Source of the DNA: Candidatus Latescibacterota bacterium
GTDB lineage: Bacteria; Latescibacterota; UBA2968; UBA8231
Length of the DNA: 64,000 nucleotides
Direction of reading: 5' to 3'
Assembly: GCA_965215195.1 (NCBI GenBank)
Contig: CBDCDC010000002.1
Coordinates: 96,001-160,000 of the forward strand
The notes under the pieces were generated by a model. It had not been told where the DNA came from. It worked only from the letters and a program-made list of their open reading frames with translations, and did no database searches. Shown here one piece after another: positions 36,554 to 49,100 of the stretch (its first letter is position 1; each line of letters opens with the position of its first letter). The position numbers and the translations under genes are program-made.

Positions 36554-37978
36554 ATGACGCCCCCCAACATCCTCTGGATTTGCACGGATCAGCAGCGCTA
36601 CGACACCATCGGCGCACTCGGTTATTCCCACGTTGATACGCCGCACGTCGATCGACTGGTGGCCGAGGGAGTGGCCTTTACCCACGCCTATTGTCAAAGC
36701 CCGATCTGCACGCCGAGCCGGGCGAGCTTTCTCACCGGCCAGTACGCCAGTGCCGTCCACATCAACGGCAATGGCCTCGATAGTTTTCCCGACCACCCGC
36801 CGCTTGTCACGCGGATATTGGCCGAGGCCGGGTACGACTGCGGCCTGATTGGCAAGCTGCACTTGGCCAGCGCCTATGGCCGCATTGAGCCGCGCGTCAA
36901 TGACGGGTATCGCTACTGGGAATACAGCCACGCGCCCCGCGACGACTGGCCGCAGGGGCACGGCTATGCCGACTGGGTGCGGGAAAGGGGGGAAGTCTTA
37001 GGCGAGCTGATGAAGCAATACCCCCACGGCCTGCCCGCCGAGTTCCACCAGACGACGTGGTGCGCCGAGAAAACCATTGAGTTCATGGGCCAAAAGCGCG
37101 ACGGCCCTTGGCTGGCCAGCGTCAATATCTACGACCCGCATCCACCGTTCAATCCGCCGCAGAGCTACCGCGACCGCTTTGACCCAGCGGCCATGCCCGG
37201 GCCGCTGTTTGCCGACAGCGATTTGGCGCAGCAGGAAAAGCTAGCGGCGATTGATTTCCAGTCCAAGGGACGGCGGCCCGACCAGCTCGACATTCGCGAC
37301 CCCTTGCACCAAGACCGCCCCACGCCCGGGGCCGACGCCCGCGTGTTGCAGGCCGCGTACTGCGCGATGATCAAGCAGATCGACGACCAAGTGGGCAGGA
37401 TGCTGGCCGCGCTCGAAGACATGGGTCAGCGCGACCATACCGTGGTGATTTTTACGTCCGACCACGGCGAAATGCTCGGCGATCACGGGCTGATCCAGAA
37501 GGGATGCCGCTTTTACGAGGGCTTGGTGCGGGTGCCGCTGATCTTTTCTTGGCCGGGGCACTTTGAGCAGGGCTTGGTGCGCGGCGATCTGGTTGAGTTG
37601 ACCGACAAAGCACCGACGCTTTTGGAACTGGCCGGGCTGGAGGTGCCGGAGCGGATGACTGGCCGCTCGCTCTTGCCGATTTTGCACGGCGAAAGCGCGG
37701 CACCGCACCGCGACTTCGTCCGCTGCGAGTACTACGACGCGCTAGCCGCGCCCGATGGAACCTTTGCCACCATGTACCGCGACGAGCGCTACAAGTTAGT
37801 GCTCTACCACGGGCACGACTTGGGCGAGCTGTACGACTTGGAAGAGGATCCGGGTGAGTTTGAAAACATGTGGGACGAGCCGCAAGCGCAGCCGCTCAAA
37901 TTGGAGCTGATGCAAAAGAGCTTCGACGCTTCGATGCTGGCCATGGACCGGGGCCCCCGGCGCGTGGGGCCGATGTGA
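36554..37978 (+). CDS. Cys-type sulfatase
   Basis: PNILWICTDQQR, CTPSR, GKLH, SDHG. Confidence 0.93.
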   Translation: MTPPNILWICTDQQRYDTIGALGYSHVDTPHVDRLVAEGVAFTHAYCQSPICTPSRASFLTGQYASAVHINGNGLDSFPDHPPLVTRILAEAGYDCGLIGKLHLASAYGRIEPRVNDGYRYWEYSHAPRDDWPQGHGYADWVRERGEVLGELMKQYPHGLPAEFHQTTWCAEKTIEFMGQKRDGPWLASVNIYDPHPPFNPPQSYRDRFDPAAMPGPLFADSDLAQQEKLAAIDFQSKGRRPDQLDIRDPLHQDRPTPGADARVLQAAYCAMIKQIDDQVGRMLAALEDMGQRDHTVVIFTSDHGEMLGDHGLIQKGCRFYEGLVRVPLIFSWPGHFEQGLVRGDLVELTDKAPTLLELAGLEVPERMTGRSLLPILHGESAAPHRDFVRCEYYDALAAPDGTFATMYRDERYKLVLYHGHDLGELYDLEEDPGEFENMWDEPQAQPLKLELMQKSFDASMLAMDRGPRRVGPM

Positions 37979-38796
37979 TGCAGCGGCAGCAGCGGGTCGC
38001 GCAGCGGCCGATCTGGCGCTTCCGCGAGGCCGACAAAGCGGCCGCAGACGACTGCGTAACGGTTGAGGAGCCGCTGGAGATCCGCGTGGCGGAGACGCCG
38101 ATAGCAGTGATCATGCGCACCCCGCGCCACGACTTTGAGCTAGCGGCCGGCTTCTTGTGTACCGAGGGCCTGATCCAATCGCCGCAGGAGCTGGGCGCGA
38201 TCTCGTACTGCACGGCTGCGGAGCCGCCCAACGAGGAGAATATCGTCGAGGTCAAGCTAGCCGCTGGCGTGGCCTTTGATCGGCAGCGGCTCCAGCGCAA
38301 CTTCTACGCCTCGTCGAGTTGCGGGGTTTGCGGCAAGGCCAGCATTGAGGCCATCGCCTGCGAGGCCCCGGCGCTGACGGGGGATTTTACCGTGCCGCTA
38401 GCCATGCTCTACGGCCTCGGCGACCGCATGCGCCAGGCCCAGGATGTATTCGAGCAAACCGGCTCCCTGCACGCGGCGGCCCTGTTTGATCAGTCGGGCG
38501 GCTTGCTCGTCCTGCGCGAGGACGTGGGCCGGCACAACGCGGTCGATAAGCTCATCGGCCACTACGCGCTGCGCAACGAGCCGGTGCCAGCCAAAAGCGT
38601 GCTGATGGTCAGCGGGCGCACCAGTTTTGAGATTGTGCAGAAGGCGCGGATGGCGGGGATTGCAATGGTCGCTGCCGTATCGGCACCGTCGAGCTTGGCG
38701 GTGGATCTGGCGCGGGAATCGGGCATGACGCTGTTGGGGTTTTTGCGCGGGCGGGGATTCAATGTGTATGCGGGGGAAGGGCGAATTGCCGTTTAG
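37978..38796 (+). CDS. fdhD: Formate dehydrogenase accessory sulfurtransferase
   Basis: VEEPLEI, MRTP, SSCGVCG, EDVGRHNAVDK, SAPSSLAV. Confidence 0.95.
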   Translation: MQRQQRVAQRPIWRFREADKAAADDCVTVEEPLEIRVAETPIAVIMRTPRHDFELAAGFLCTEGLIQSPQELGAISYCTAAEPPNEENIVEVKLAAGVAFDRQRLQRNFYASSSCGVCGKASIEAIACEAPALTGDFTVPLAMLYGLGDRMRQAQDVFEQTGSLHAAALFDQSGGLLVLREDVGRHNAVDKLIGHYALRNEPVPAKSVLMVSGRTSFEIVQKARMAGIAMVAAVSAPSSLAVDLARESGMTLLGFLRGRGFNVYAGEGRIAV

Positions 38797-39047
38797 GAAC
38801 GGGGGGTTTCTCCTCATCCTTCCCGTGCGAGATCGGCGCCCCAACGAGGCTATAACGCTGTCATGCCATAAGAAATGTCCCGGAAGAAGTGCGCGCCGCG
38901 TTGGCCGTCCGCGCCGCCCGGCAACGCCAATCTATGCAGGCATTCCTGCGCGGCGAGTTGGAGCGAATCGCGTCGCGTCCCTCGGTCAGCGAGAATCGGG
39001 GCGCATCGGGCATCGCCGTTTAATTTTTCCATGTAAAGGAGAGGACA

Positions 39048-39923
39048 ATGGCCGAGAAAAAGCAGGCTAAAAGACCGCAACTCAAACTCTGCGCCGCGGC
39101 GTGGACCCTGACCAATTACCCGTCCGAGGCCAAGCAGTGGTCGATGGAGCGCAAAGTCGGTGCGGCCAAGGACGCTGGCTTTGTCGGCTTTAGCGCCGGG
39201 GCCGATCCCGAGATCGCCGCGGCGTGCGCCAAACACGGGCTACAGCTCATCGGCGGGGTTGATGTGGCCACAGTAGCGGAAGCCGGTCCGAAATTGGCGG
39301 CTTTTAAGGAAGCTGGGGCCGAGCACGTCAACGTCCAGCTCTGCGACCACGACACCGAGATCCGCAAGGCAGTGACCGTGGCGCGGGCGGTGATGAAGGC
39401 GGGAAAAGAGCTCGAGCTCAAACCGGCGATTGAATGGCACCGCGACACCTGCACCGAGACGCCGGAGAAGGGGCTGGCGCTGGCGGCCCAGTACGAGAAG
39501 CGCTACAAGGAAAAGCTGCGCACCAATTTCGACCACTCGCACCCGGCGATCATCAAACAGCTCCGGCCCGCCAACTTCTGGGAGCGCATGGCCGAATACC
39601 GCCCGGACCTGCTCAAAATGAGCGAGTTGATTCACTTCCGCACCTTTACCGGCAGCCATTGCCAGACGCCGGTCACCAATGGCCGCGGGGAGTTGGACGC
39701 GGATTTTATCACTTGGCGCGACAACTTCCTCAAGCCCCTGCTCTACCACTGGGTCAAAGGACAGCGCGGCACTACTGAGCTATGGGCGGTCGTCGAGCTG
39801 GGGCCGAAGGGTTCGGGCTATGCGCTCGACTGTTTTCCCGACGTGTGGAAGGACGCAATCGCCGCACGCGGCGAGATTGAGAAGGCGTTCAAAGGGGCAC
39901 TGAGGAAAGCGAAGAGAGAGTGA
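39048..39923 (+). CDS. Xylose isomerase-like TIM barrel protein
   Basis: EWHRDT, DHSH, H.R and ELGP metal-ligand pattern. Confidence 0.7.
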   Translation: MAEKKQAKRPQLKLCAAAWTLTNYPSEAKQWSMERKVGAAKDAGFVGFSAGADPEIAAACAKHGLQLIGGVDVATVAEAGPKLAAFKEAGAEHVNVQLCDHDTEIRKAVTVARAVMKAGKELELKPAIEWHRDTCTETPEKGLALAAQYEKRYKEKLRTNFDHSHPAIIKQLRPANFWERMAEYRPDLLKMSELIHFRTFTGSHCQTPVTNGRGELDADFITWRDNFLKPLLYHWVKGQRGTTELWAVVELGPKGSGYALDCFPDVWKDAIAARGEIEKAFKGALRKAKRE

Positions 39924-39999
39924 TAGCTGAGCACATGGTCGGAGGGGCAGTTGAGGCAGCGCAGACGCCGGCCCTGCATGCCGCGATGTGCTGTTTTGT

Positions 40000-40235
40000 G
40001 GCGGATTGGTTGGCAAGCCAAGCCGCTACACCGGGATCGGGTTTGGGGCGCATCAATTCCGAGACAACGTTGGTATCGAGCAGGATCATCCCCGCACCTT
40101 AACCCAACTGGGGTGGCTCGCGCATCGGCTCGCGTGGCGGTATGTCCAGTTCTACGCCGCCCAAGGGCGCAAATCGAGCGCGTATGGCGCGTACCAGATT
40201 GGCAGGGGGCGCAGGCTCGGTGAGTGCCGTGCGCA
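40000..40235 (-). pseudogene. FitAB/VapBC toxin-antitoxin remnant, truncated at both ends
   Basis: Antitoxin C-terminus AIRARFAPLGGVELDIPPREPMREPP* is followed by the PIN N-terminus MILLDTNVVSELMRPKPDPGVAAWL, after which homology is lost. Confidence 0.75.
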
Positions 40236-40242
40236 ACTTTGT

Positions 40243-41088
40243 TTAGACGATTCCCCACGTCACTCGTCCCAACTCGCGCGAGCGCTCCCGCTCGTATGCT
40301 GGATCAATGGCGAATTCGCGATCCAGCCACAACACCTCCCGCTGCTCGGGGCTCAGGGCATTGAGCAGCTCAGGCGTCAAGTAGTCCCCCCAGGTAAAGC
40401 GGTGGTTGTCGATCGCGTGCGGATGGAACAGCCAGTGGCTCAGATACCGGCAGGCACTGGTGCGGTTGAGCCACGTGGAGTGAAACAGCTTGGCATGGCG
40501 CACGATTAGCTGGTGGGGTTCGACCTCTAGGGAAATCTCGTCGTCGAGTGCGACGTCTTCCCAGCCGTCATCAGCCTGCGAACCGGGAATTCCCCGTTCA
40601 TCCCGCAGCCGGGCGGCCGTCTCCTCGAGAGCGTTGGGTAGCCGAGTGTGACTGCCTGGAACGATGCGCAGACACCCGTTTGTGCGCGAAGCCCCAGAGA
40701 AGTAGTGCATGAACTCCGTCCACCCCGGCCCCCCGTCGACGTGCCACCCCACCGATCGGTTCGGGGCCTGCTCGTTGATGCCGCCATTGCGCAGATAGAT
40801 ATCCCTGTCCCCGTTCAGTTGGCGGGCCAACTCGATGATTTCGGGGTGCAGGATGATCTGCATGAACGGCAGGGCGTGATCGAGGGAACACCAGTACGAG
40901 TCTTCTAGCTGTGGTCGCAGCCGAAAGTGATTCCTCTTGCTGCCGTCCGCCGGCCCCTCCGTTGGATCTTGGGCCGCCTTTGCGACCGCGGCCATGCACG
41001 CCTCGGTGAGACTCGCGGGGAACGGACAGTCGATGATGACGTAGCCGTAAGAGTAATACTGGTCTAATTGTGCTTCGCTGAATTTCAT
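40243..41088 (-). CDS. Phytanoyl-CoA dioxygenase (PhyH) family Fe/2OG oxygenase
   Basis: GWHVD, NGCLRIVPGSH, H....N....R. Confidence 0.85.
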   Translation of the reverse strand: MKFSEAQLDQYYSYGYVIIDCPFPASLTEACMAAVAKAAQDPTEGPADGSKRNHFRLRPQLEDSYWCSLDHALPFMQIILHPEIIELARQLNGDRDIYLRNGGINEQAPNRSVGWHVDGGPGWTEFMHYFSGASRTNGCLRIVPGSHTRLPNALEETAARLRDERGIPGSQADDGWEDVALDDEISLEVEPHQLIVRHAKLFHSTWLNRTSACRYLSHWLFHPHAIDNHRFTWGDYLTPELLNALSPEQREVLWLDREFAIDPAYERERSRELGRVTWGIV

Positions 41089-41207
41089 GCTGTTTTCCTC
41101 GCGCAGGGTGGCTTCACTGCAACCTCGCGGGCCGCGCCGATGGCAGTGGCGCGGCCGAGGCCGGTCGCCGCGCCAGTGACGATCGCTACCTTGTTTGCGA
41201 GTTTCAT
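41085..41207 (-). pseudogene. SDR oxidoreductase N-terminal fragment
   Basis: MKLANKVAIVTGAATGLGRATA, then a stop after about 40 aa. Confidence 0.75.
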
Positions 41208-41211
41208 GCGC

Positions 41212-42837
<1,626 letters not shown>

Positions 42838-43022
42838 TGAGATCCTCAGTTAGTGGTCAATAGGGAGGTGCTCAACCTATGCTTGCAATGGCTGTTGGCA
42901 GCGGCGAGGGTATCGCGGGTAAAGAATCCGCTGGATGCGCTTAGACATGGAATATATTGCAAAAGCGCACTTGGGGGAAAAGGTCGTTGTCCGAAGCGTC
43001 CGGGTCGTCGCGGATGCGATTC

Positions 43023-44180
43023 TCAGACCGCGACCTCTTCGAGCCACGGCAAATCCACCTCAATGCCAAAGCCGGGCGCGTCGCTGGGCACGAGGTAGCC
43101 ATCTTGGATGGCTGGCGTGCCGGGCAACAGGGTCATTTCGCCGAGCGGCACCCCGGGCGGCGACACGCTTTCCGAGCGCTCGCCCCAGACGATGGCCGGC
43201 ATGGCAAAAGAAAGGTGCTGGCCGTAGGGGTAGTTCATGCCGCCGTGGGCAATGACCGAGACGCCCGCGGCCTCGGCGAGGTGGCAAATTTTGACCCCGG
43301 CCGTTATGCCCCCGGCCCACAGCACGTCCGGTTGCAGGATATCGACGAAGCGACCGTTGAGTGCTTGGGCAAAGGTGCGCGGCAAGTACCAGTGCTCGCC
43401 CGCGGCGAGGGTCTGCCAAGGGAGCCGCTGGCGCACTTGGGCGTAGCCGGCCCAATCGTCGGCAGGCAGGTAATCTTCTATCCACTTGAGGCGGTAGGGA
43501 CGGAGCATCTCGGCGAGGCGGACGAGGTGCTCCACGTCCTGCGACAGCCAGCAGTCGAGGCACAGCTCGATGTCGTCGCCGATGAGCTGGCGCGTACTAG
43601 CCACGAGCTCTTCGATTTTCACGAGCCCGTCGAGGCCATCGGCCGCGCCCCACGGGGTGAAGAGCTTGGTCGCCTTAAACCCCAGTTCCATGTACCAAGC
43701 CTGTTCAAACCCGGAAGCATAGCAGAAAATTTGCTCCTTTTGCGGGCCGCCGAGCAGCTCGTACACGGGTTTTTGCAGCAGCTTGCCCTTGAGGTCCCAC
43801 AGCGCGGTGTCCACGGCGCTGATGGCGTAGCTGGCCAGCCCTTGGCCGCCGTAGGGTGCGGTGGAGCGCACCATGACGTCCCACAGCTTTTCCGTGGCCA
43901 TGCAGTTTTCGCCGGCGAGCAGCGCGGCAAAGTGATCGTTGATGATGGGCAGCACTGGAGGCGAGTGGACGGTCAGCCCGAGGCCCCAGGTGCCGTCCTC
44001 GGCCGTGGCCACGCAGGCGATGCGTTGCCAGTCCGGGGAGCCGGTGCGGCCGGCGCGGAAGCGGGCATAGCGGTCAAGCGGGCGGTGCAAGGCGTGGCCG
44101 GGGCGTTGGGCAGGGCGCGGGGGCGTCTTCTGGGGGGGCGCGAGCGCGATTTGCGCGGCGCGGATTTCCTTGATTTTCAC
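43023..44180 (-). CDS. Mandelate racemase-family acid-sugar dehydratase (L-rhamnonate dehydratase-like)
   Basis: AISAVDTALWDLKGK, D.W, WIED, GEH, QPD, H. Confidence 0.85.
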   Translation of the reverse strand: MKIKEIRAAQIALAPPQKTPPRPAQRPGHALHRPLDRYARFRAGRTGSPDWQRIACVATAEDGTWGLGLTVHSPPVLPIINDHFAALLAGENCMATEKLWDVMVRSTAPYGGQGLASYAISAVDTALWDLKGKLLQKPVYELLGGPQKEQIFCYASGFEQAWYMELGFKATKLFTPWGAADGLDGLVKIEELVASTRQLIGDDIELCLDCWLSQDVEHLVRLAEMLRPYRLKWIEDYLPADDWAGYAQVRQRLPWQTLAAGEHWYLPRTFAQALNGRFVDILQPDVLWAGGITAGVKICHLAEAAGVSVIAHGGMNYPYGQHLSFAMPAIVWGERSESVSPPGVPLGEMTLLPGTPAIQDGYLVPSDAPGFGIEVDLPWLEEVAV

Positions 44181-44190
44181 CGGGGCCTGC

Positions 44191-45453
44191 TTAGCTGAGT
44201 TGGGAAAAGCGGTTGGGGTCAAAGAGGGTCTGGAGGGTTTGGGCGATGCCGGCGCGGGTCACTTGCCGGCCGGCGCGGTGCAGGTCTTGGTATTTTTCGG
44301 TTAGGACCTTGGCGAGGATTTCGCGGAAGCGCTGCCACTTGGGGATGAGGTTTTCCAGTACGCGGGCGTCCGAGTTGAAGGGGATGAAGCGGTCGCCGGT
44401 CATCTCCAAGCGCATCCGCAGGTCCTGTTCGACCAAGCCCGGATGGTAGTTGAACCACCAGTGGCCAATGACCATGACGTTGTCGTTGTGGCAGGAGAGG
44501 ACGCTGGCGTCGTATTGGTTGGCGTTGTGGAGCGGCGTGATGAAAAAGGCGTTGTCGGGATGGCGGCGCACCAACTGCTGATAGGGGTACATGTCGGCCA
44601 GCCCCACGCCGTCGCCGGCGTCGCGCCACTCGGGCTTGAGCTGGCGGATGGGGCCGGGCATCATAAAAAAGGGCAGCTTAAACTCGCGCAAGGCCGGCAG
44701 TACCGCGTAGTGGAGGACGGCGCCTTCGGGGGTGCTGAGGTCGTGGACTTGGCAGTGGGGCGGGAACGAGCACGCGCCGTATGCGACGCTGTGCAGCTTG
44801 CCATACCAGTCGGCGAGGAAGCGGCGGATCGCATGGGCTGTGCCGGGCTGGCTGGGGTCGTTGCCAACGGCGTAGCCATAGGCGTTGAGCTGCACGGCCG
44901 CACGCGGGTAGTGCAAGACGAGTTCGTCGAGGCGGTAACCGGACAAATAGCACTCGTCCCACTCGCCGCTTTCGTAGTAGGTGCGCTCTTGGTCGTTGAA
45001 CACGTCTTGGGTGCCGACGATGCGGCGCACGCCGGCCAGCTCCATGCAGCGGCGCTGTAGTTCTGCTGGGTCCGTATCCGCGTAGAACTGGCGCGCTTGG
45101 TTGAGCGTGGCGGCGTTGGGGTCGAGGCCGAGGGCTTCTAGGGCTACGACCACGCCGCGACAGCCTTCGTCGAATGGATCGGAAGCAGCGCTGGCAAACA
45201 GCTTCTGCCAAGTAAAATCGCCTTGTTGTTCTAGGCTATAGGAGTAGAAGGTAGCCGGGTCGATGTGGCCGGCCGCAAAGAGCTTGCGGCGCACGTAGTG
45301 ATAGGCGAGCTGCTGGTCGATGCCGTACAGGCAGAGCTGGGGGCCGGCTTGGGGGCCGAGGAGATGGGTGTGCCAGTCGTCCACGATCAGCCGTTGGGCC
45401 GAGGTTTCCTCGGCGACGACGTCGGGGATTTGGTCGCGGAATAGGGTGCTCAT
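44191..45453 (-). CDS. Uronate (glucuronate) isomerase-like amidohydrolase
   Basis: D.HTHL, WWF, NSDARVLE..KW. Confidence 0.75.
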   Translation of the reverse strand: MSTLFRDQIPDVVAEETSAQRLIVDDWHTHLLGPQAGPQLCLYGIDQQLAYHYVRRKLFAAGHIDPATFYSYSLEQQGDFTWQKLFASAASDPFDEGCRGVVVALEALGLDPNAATLNQARQFYADTDPAELQRRCMELAGVRRIVGTQDVFNDQERTYYESGEWDECYLSGYRLDELVLHYPRAAVQLNAYGYAVGNDPSQPGTAHAIRRFLADWYGKLHSVAYGACSFPPHCQVHDLSTPEGAVLHYAVLPALREFKLPFFMMPGPIRQLKPEWRDAGDGVGLADMYPYQQLVRRHPDNAFFITPLHNANQYDASVLSCHNDNVMVIGHWWFNYHPGLVEQDLRMRLEMTGDRFIPFNSDARVLENLIPKWQRFREILAKVLTEKYQDLHRAGRQVTRAGIAQTLQTLFDPNRFSQLS

Positions 45454-45597
45454 GGGGGAGGCTCCTGTCGGGTAAGGGCCATAACAGTAGGCCAAGAGCA
45501 ACAGGGCGTCAAAGTTGCCCTTATATGCCGACGGCCCAAGAGCTTTCGCCGTTACTGCGTCGCGTATTATTTTTTTGCAACAACAACGAGGTTTTAT

Positions 45598-45789
45598 ATG
45601 GCTACAACAGTTACTTTAGACTCGAAAATGGTCCAGGCCATCCAGCAGGAGACAAAGCAAAAAAGCAAAGCCTCGGCCGTGCGCATGGCATTAAATGAAT
45701 ACCTGCGTTGGCAAAAGCTCCGCCAACTAGCCGATCTAGCCGGTACTGTTGAGCTACGCTATTCCAACGACGAGTTGGAGGCGATGTAA
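45598..45789 (+). CDS. Orphan VapB-type antitoxin
   Basis: MATTVTLD...SKASAVRMALNEY RHH-like; no downstream PIN gene. Confidence 0.65.
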   Translation: MATTVTLDSKMVQAIQQETKQKSKASAVRMALNEYLRWQKLRQLADLAGTVELRYSNDELEAM

Positions 45790-45840
45790 GAGTCTGGTCT
45801 CCACAAATAGGTGTCTGTGAGATTAGAAGCTGTTTCAAAA

Positions 45841-46104
45841 CTAGCGTCGGGTCGCATCAAGGATCGTCAAGTGCCTTCGCATGGAGCGTTTTTCATCGGG
45901 CGAGACGCTTTTGAGCCGACGCTTTTTCTTCACACAAGGAACCGAATCCGGAGTTTTGGGACCACTTCCTACGTATCCTGCCTCAAAGGGATTCGCGAAA
46001 GGAAGTTGACGAAATACAATGTCTTCTGCTCGGCGTTGAGTCTCTTTGGGAAGAGATGCAAGTTCCTTCAAGAATGTCTTTGTGTAATCAACCTTCCAGT
46101 CCAT
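45841..46104 (-). pseudogene. RelE/ParE toxin with its C-terminus replaced
   Basis: WKVDYTKTFLKELASLP...NPF, then loss of the YRIRxGDYR region. Confidence 0.65.
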
Positions 46105-46297
46105 CTTTTAATGCTCTATAGTGATGATAGGCACTCTCTCCTGTAAGACGTTCCTCGTCTTGTACTTCATCTATTAGTTGTGCGAGACCATAATTTTCAA
46201 TGACTTCTTCTATACGCTCAAATTCCGGCAGCGGAATCTGCACGGCTATTGGATTTTGGTTCTCATCGAGAACGTAATGCTTGTGAATTTCCAACAT
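46088..46297 (-). CDS. Antitoxin partner of RelE
   Basis: YVLDENQNPIAVQIP..EFERIEE; overlaps the toxin start. Confidence 0.7.
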   Translation of the reverse strand: MLEIHKHYVLDENQNPIAVQIPLPEFERIEEVIENYGLAQLIDEVQDEERLTGESAYHHYRALKDGLEG

Positions 46298-46356
46298 TTT
46301 TATTTCCCATTCGGCAGTGGGTTGTAAGAGTCCGTCACGTCGCCTTCCATTGTAAG

Positions 46357-49086
46357 CTACCCAGCGACCTCACTTTCAACCAGCGCCTCAATGCGCACCG
46401 GGCAGACCTTGAGCTCGGCGGTGTCGGTGACCGGGTCGTACCCGGAGCCGGTGAGGACGTTGATCGGCACGTCGTTAAAGCTGAAGCTGGCAAAGACCGT
46501 GCCGCGCGGCGAGCGGGTGGTGGCCCGGAGGCGGATTTCGATGGCACCGCGTGCGCTCGATAGGCGGCACAAGCCCCCGTCTTCGAGGCCCCACGCGGCG
46601 AGGTCTGCGGGGTGGATTTCGAGGCGTTCTTCGGCGAGCAGGTAGTCGATGCCTTGGGCGCGGCCGGTCTGGGTGCGGGTGTGGTACGATTGGAGGCGGC
46701 GGCCGGTCGTCAGCCAGACCGGGAACTCGGCCGAAAGGGTCTCAGCTGGGTCGCGGTAGCGGATGATTTTGAAAAGGCCGCGGCCGTTTTTGAAGGCCCC
46801 CTCGTGCAAAATCGGCGTCCCCGGATGGCCCTTTGCGGGCACGGGCCAGTGGTACTCGCCCTTGTCGATTCGGTCCCAATTGAGGCCGGCGTAGATGGGC
46901 GAGAGCCCGCACAGTTCGTTGAACACTTCCTCGGCCGAAGTGTAGTCGAAGCCGCTAAACCCGAGCCGCTGGGCGAGCTGGCTTATGATCCACCAGTCGG
47001 GTTTGGCCTCGCCGGGCGGGGGCACGGCGCGGCGCAGGCGCTGGACCCGGCGCTCGGTGTTGGTGCAGACCCCGTCGGTCTCGGCAAAGGCGCTGGCCGG
47101 GAAGACCACGTCGGCCAGCGCGGCCGTCTCGGTGAGGAAGATGTCGATGACCACGAGGTGATCCAAGCTCTTGAGCGCGTGCTCGCAGTGCTGGCGGTCC
47201 GGGTCGGAGACGACGGTGTTTTCGCCGTCGATAATCATGGCAAAAATCTCGCTGCCGCAGCGGTTGAGCGCTTGCACCTTGGTGATGCCTTTGTCCGGGT
47301 CCATGTCCCGCCCGTAGAGCGCGGTGAATTTTTCCCTGCTTTCAGGCAGGTCCACCGGCTGGAAGCCGGGATAGTTCGAGGGAATGGCCCCGGAGTCGCC
47401 GGCACCTTGGATGTTGTTCTGCCCTCGCATGGGGTTGATGCCGGTGCCCTCGCGGCCGACGTTGCCGGTTAGCAGGGCGAGATTGCACAGGCTCTGGACG
47501 TTGTCCACGCCGCAGATGTGCTCGGTGATGCCGAGGGTGTAGTAGATGGCGGCCTTGTCGGCGGCCCCGTACCAACGGGCGGCCCGTTCAATGTCGGCCG
47601 CCGGCACCTCGGTGATGGTCGAAGCCCATTCGGGCGTGAATTCCACGACGTGCTCTAGGAACGGCTCAAAGTCGGCCGTGCGCCCCGCCATAAAGGCGCG
47701 ATCGGCCAAGTCGTCGCGGACGATCACGTGCGCCATAGCCAACAGCAAGGCCACGTCCGAGCCGACGCGGATGGGCAGGTACAGGTCGGCCATGTGCGCG
47801 AGCTCGATCTTGCGCGGGTCGGCGACGATCATCTTGGCCCCTCGCTTGAGGGCCTTTTTGATGCGGGTCGCCGCCACCGGGTGGCACTCGGTCATGTTGG
47901 TGCCGATGCAGAAGATCAAGTCCGGTTTTTCCATGTCGGCCAAGGGGTTCGACATGGCACCGCGTCCGATGGTGGCTGCCAGACCGGCAACCGTGGGCGC
48001 GTGTCAGGCACGGCTACAGTTGTCTATGTAGTGCGTGCCATAGCCCCGGCGGATGAACTTCTGCAAGCAGTAGTTGGCCTCCGAAGGCGTGCGGCCGGAG
48101 GCGACGCCGTAGATGGCGTGGCGACCGCGCTCGGCGAGCACCTTGGCAAAGCCTTGGGCGGCGCGGTCGAGCGCAGTGTCCCAATCGGCGGGATGGAGCT
48201 GGTCGTCCTCGCTGCGGACTAGGGGCCTTGTGAGCCGGTCGCGGTGCTGGACGAAATCAAAGGCGAACTGGCCCTTGACGCACAGTGCGCCCTCGTTGGC
48301 CGGGCCGTCCATCGCCGGTTGGATGCCGACGAGTTTATCTCCTTTGGACAGCAGATCCACCGCGCAACCAACGCCGCAGTACGGGCAGACTGAGCGGGTC
48401 TTTTCAATCTCGCCGGGCAGGTTGGCGGCGCGCAGGGCCTTTTTGTCGGCGAGGGCACCGGTGGGGCAGGTCTGGACGCATTGGCCGCAGAAGGTGCAGG
48501 ACGAATCCTTGAGCAGGCCATTGAACTCGGTGGTGATCTGCTTGTGGAAGCCGCGCCCCATGGCGGCAATGGCGTGGTCGCCTTCCTGCTCGGCGCAGAC
48601 GCGGACGCAGCGGTTGCACGAGATGCACAAGTCGTAGTCGCGCAAGATGAAGGGGTTGTCGTCGGTGGGATGCGACTGCCCGGACTGGGCCCCTTGGAAG
48701 CGGCCGGAGCGGGCTTGGTAGCGCTCGACGAGGTCGGTTAGCTCTTGCGAAGCGTATCCGCGCAGGGGATCCACCTCGACTGCGCGGTTTTCCGAGACGA
48801 GCATTTCGAGCAGGGTCTTGCGGTGCTTTTCGAGGGCCGTGGTCGCCGTTTTGACGACCGTGCCGGGCATGGCTTGGGCCGTGCAGGAGGCGACCGGATT
48901 GCGCGCCCCTTCGATTTCGACCACGCAGAGCCGACAGGCCCCAAAAGGTTCTAGGCGCGGATCGTAGCACAGGGTGGGAATGTGCCGGCCATGGCGTTGG
49001 GCGACCTCGTACAGGGTCTCGCCAAGAGCAAAGGAGACTTCTTTGCCATCTAAGGTCAGGGTGGGTTGTTTCCCATTGGTATTCAT
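46357..49086 (-). CDS. fdhF: Formate dehydrogenase alpha subunit, selenocysteine-containing (in-frame UGA at 48004-48006)
   Basis: The two ORFs are in frame across NCSRA-U-HAPTVAGL; 2Fe-2S/4Fe-4S motifs, CPYCGVGC, RGQNN; SECIS follows. Confidence 0.93.
47974..47992 (-). promoter_or_regulatory. Bacterial SECIS hairpin
   Basis: GGUUGCC-GGUCU-GGCAGCC starts 11 nt after the UGA, closely matching E. coli fdhF SECIS geometry. Confidence 0.9.
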
Positions 49087-49100
49087 GGTAAGGCCCTCGT

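Noticed and set aside
46357-49086. FDH alpha as two genes or a nonsense pseudogene
   Set aside because: The stop is an in-frame UGA at the catalytic position followed by a SECIS.
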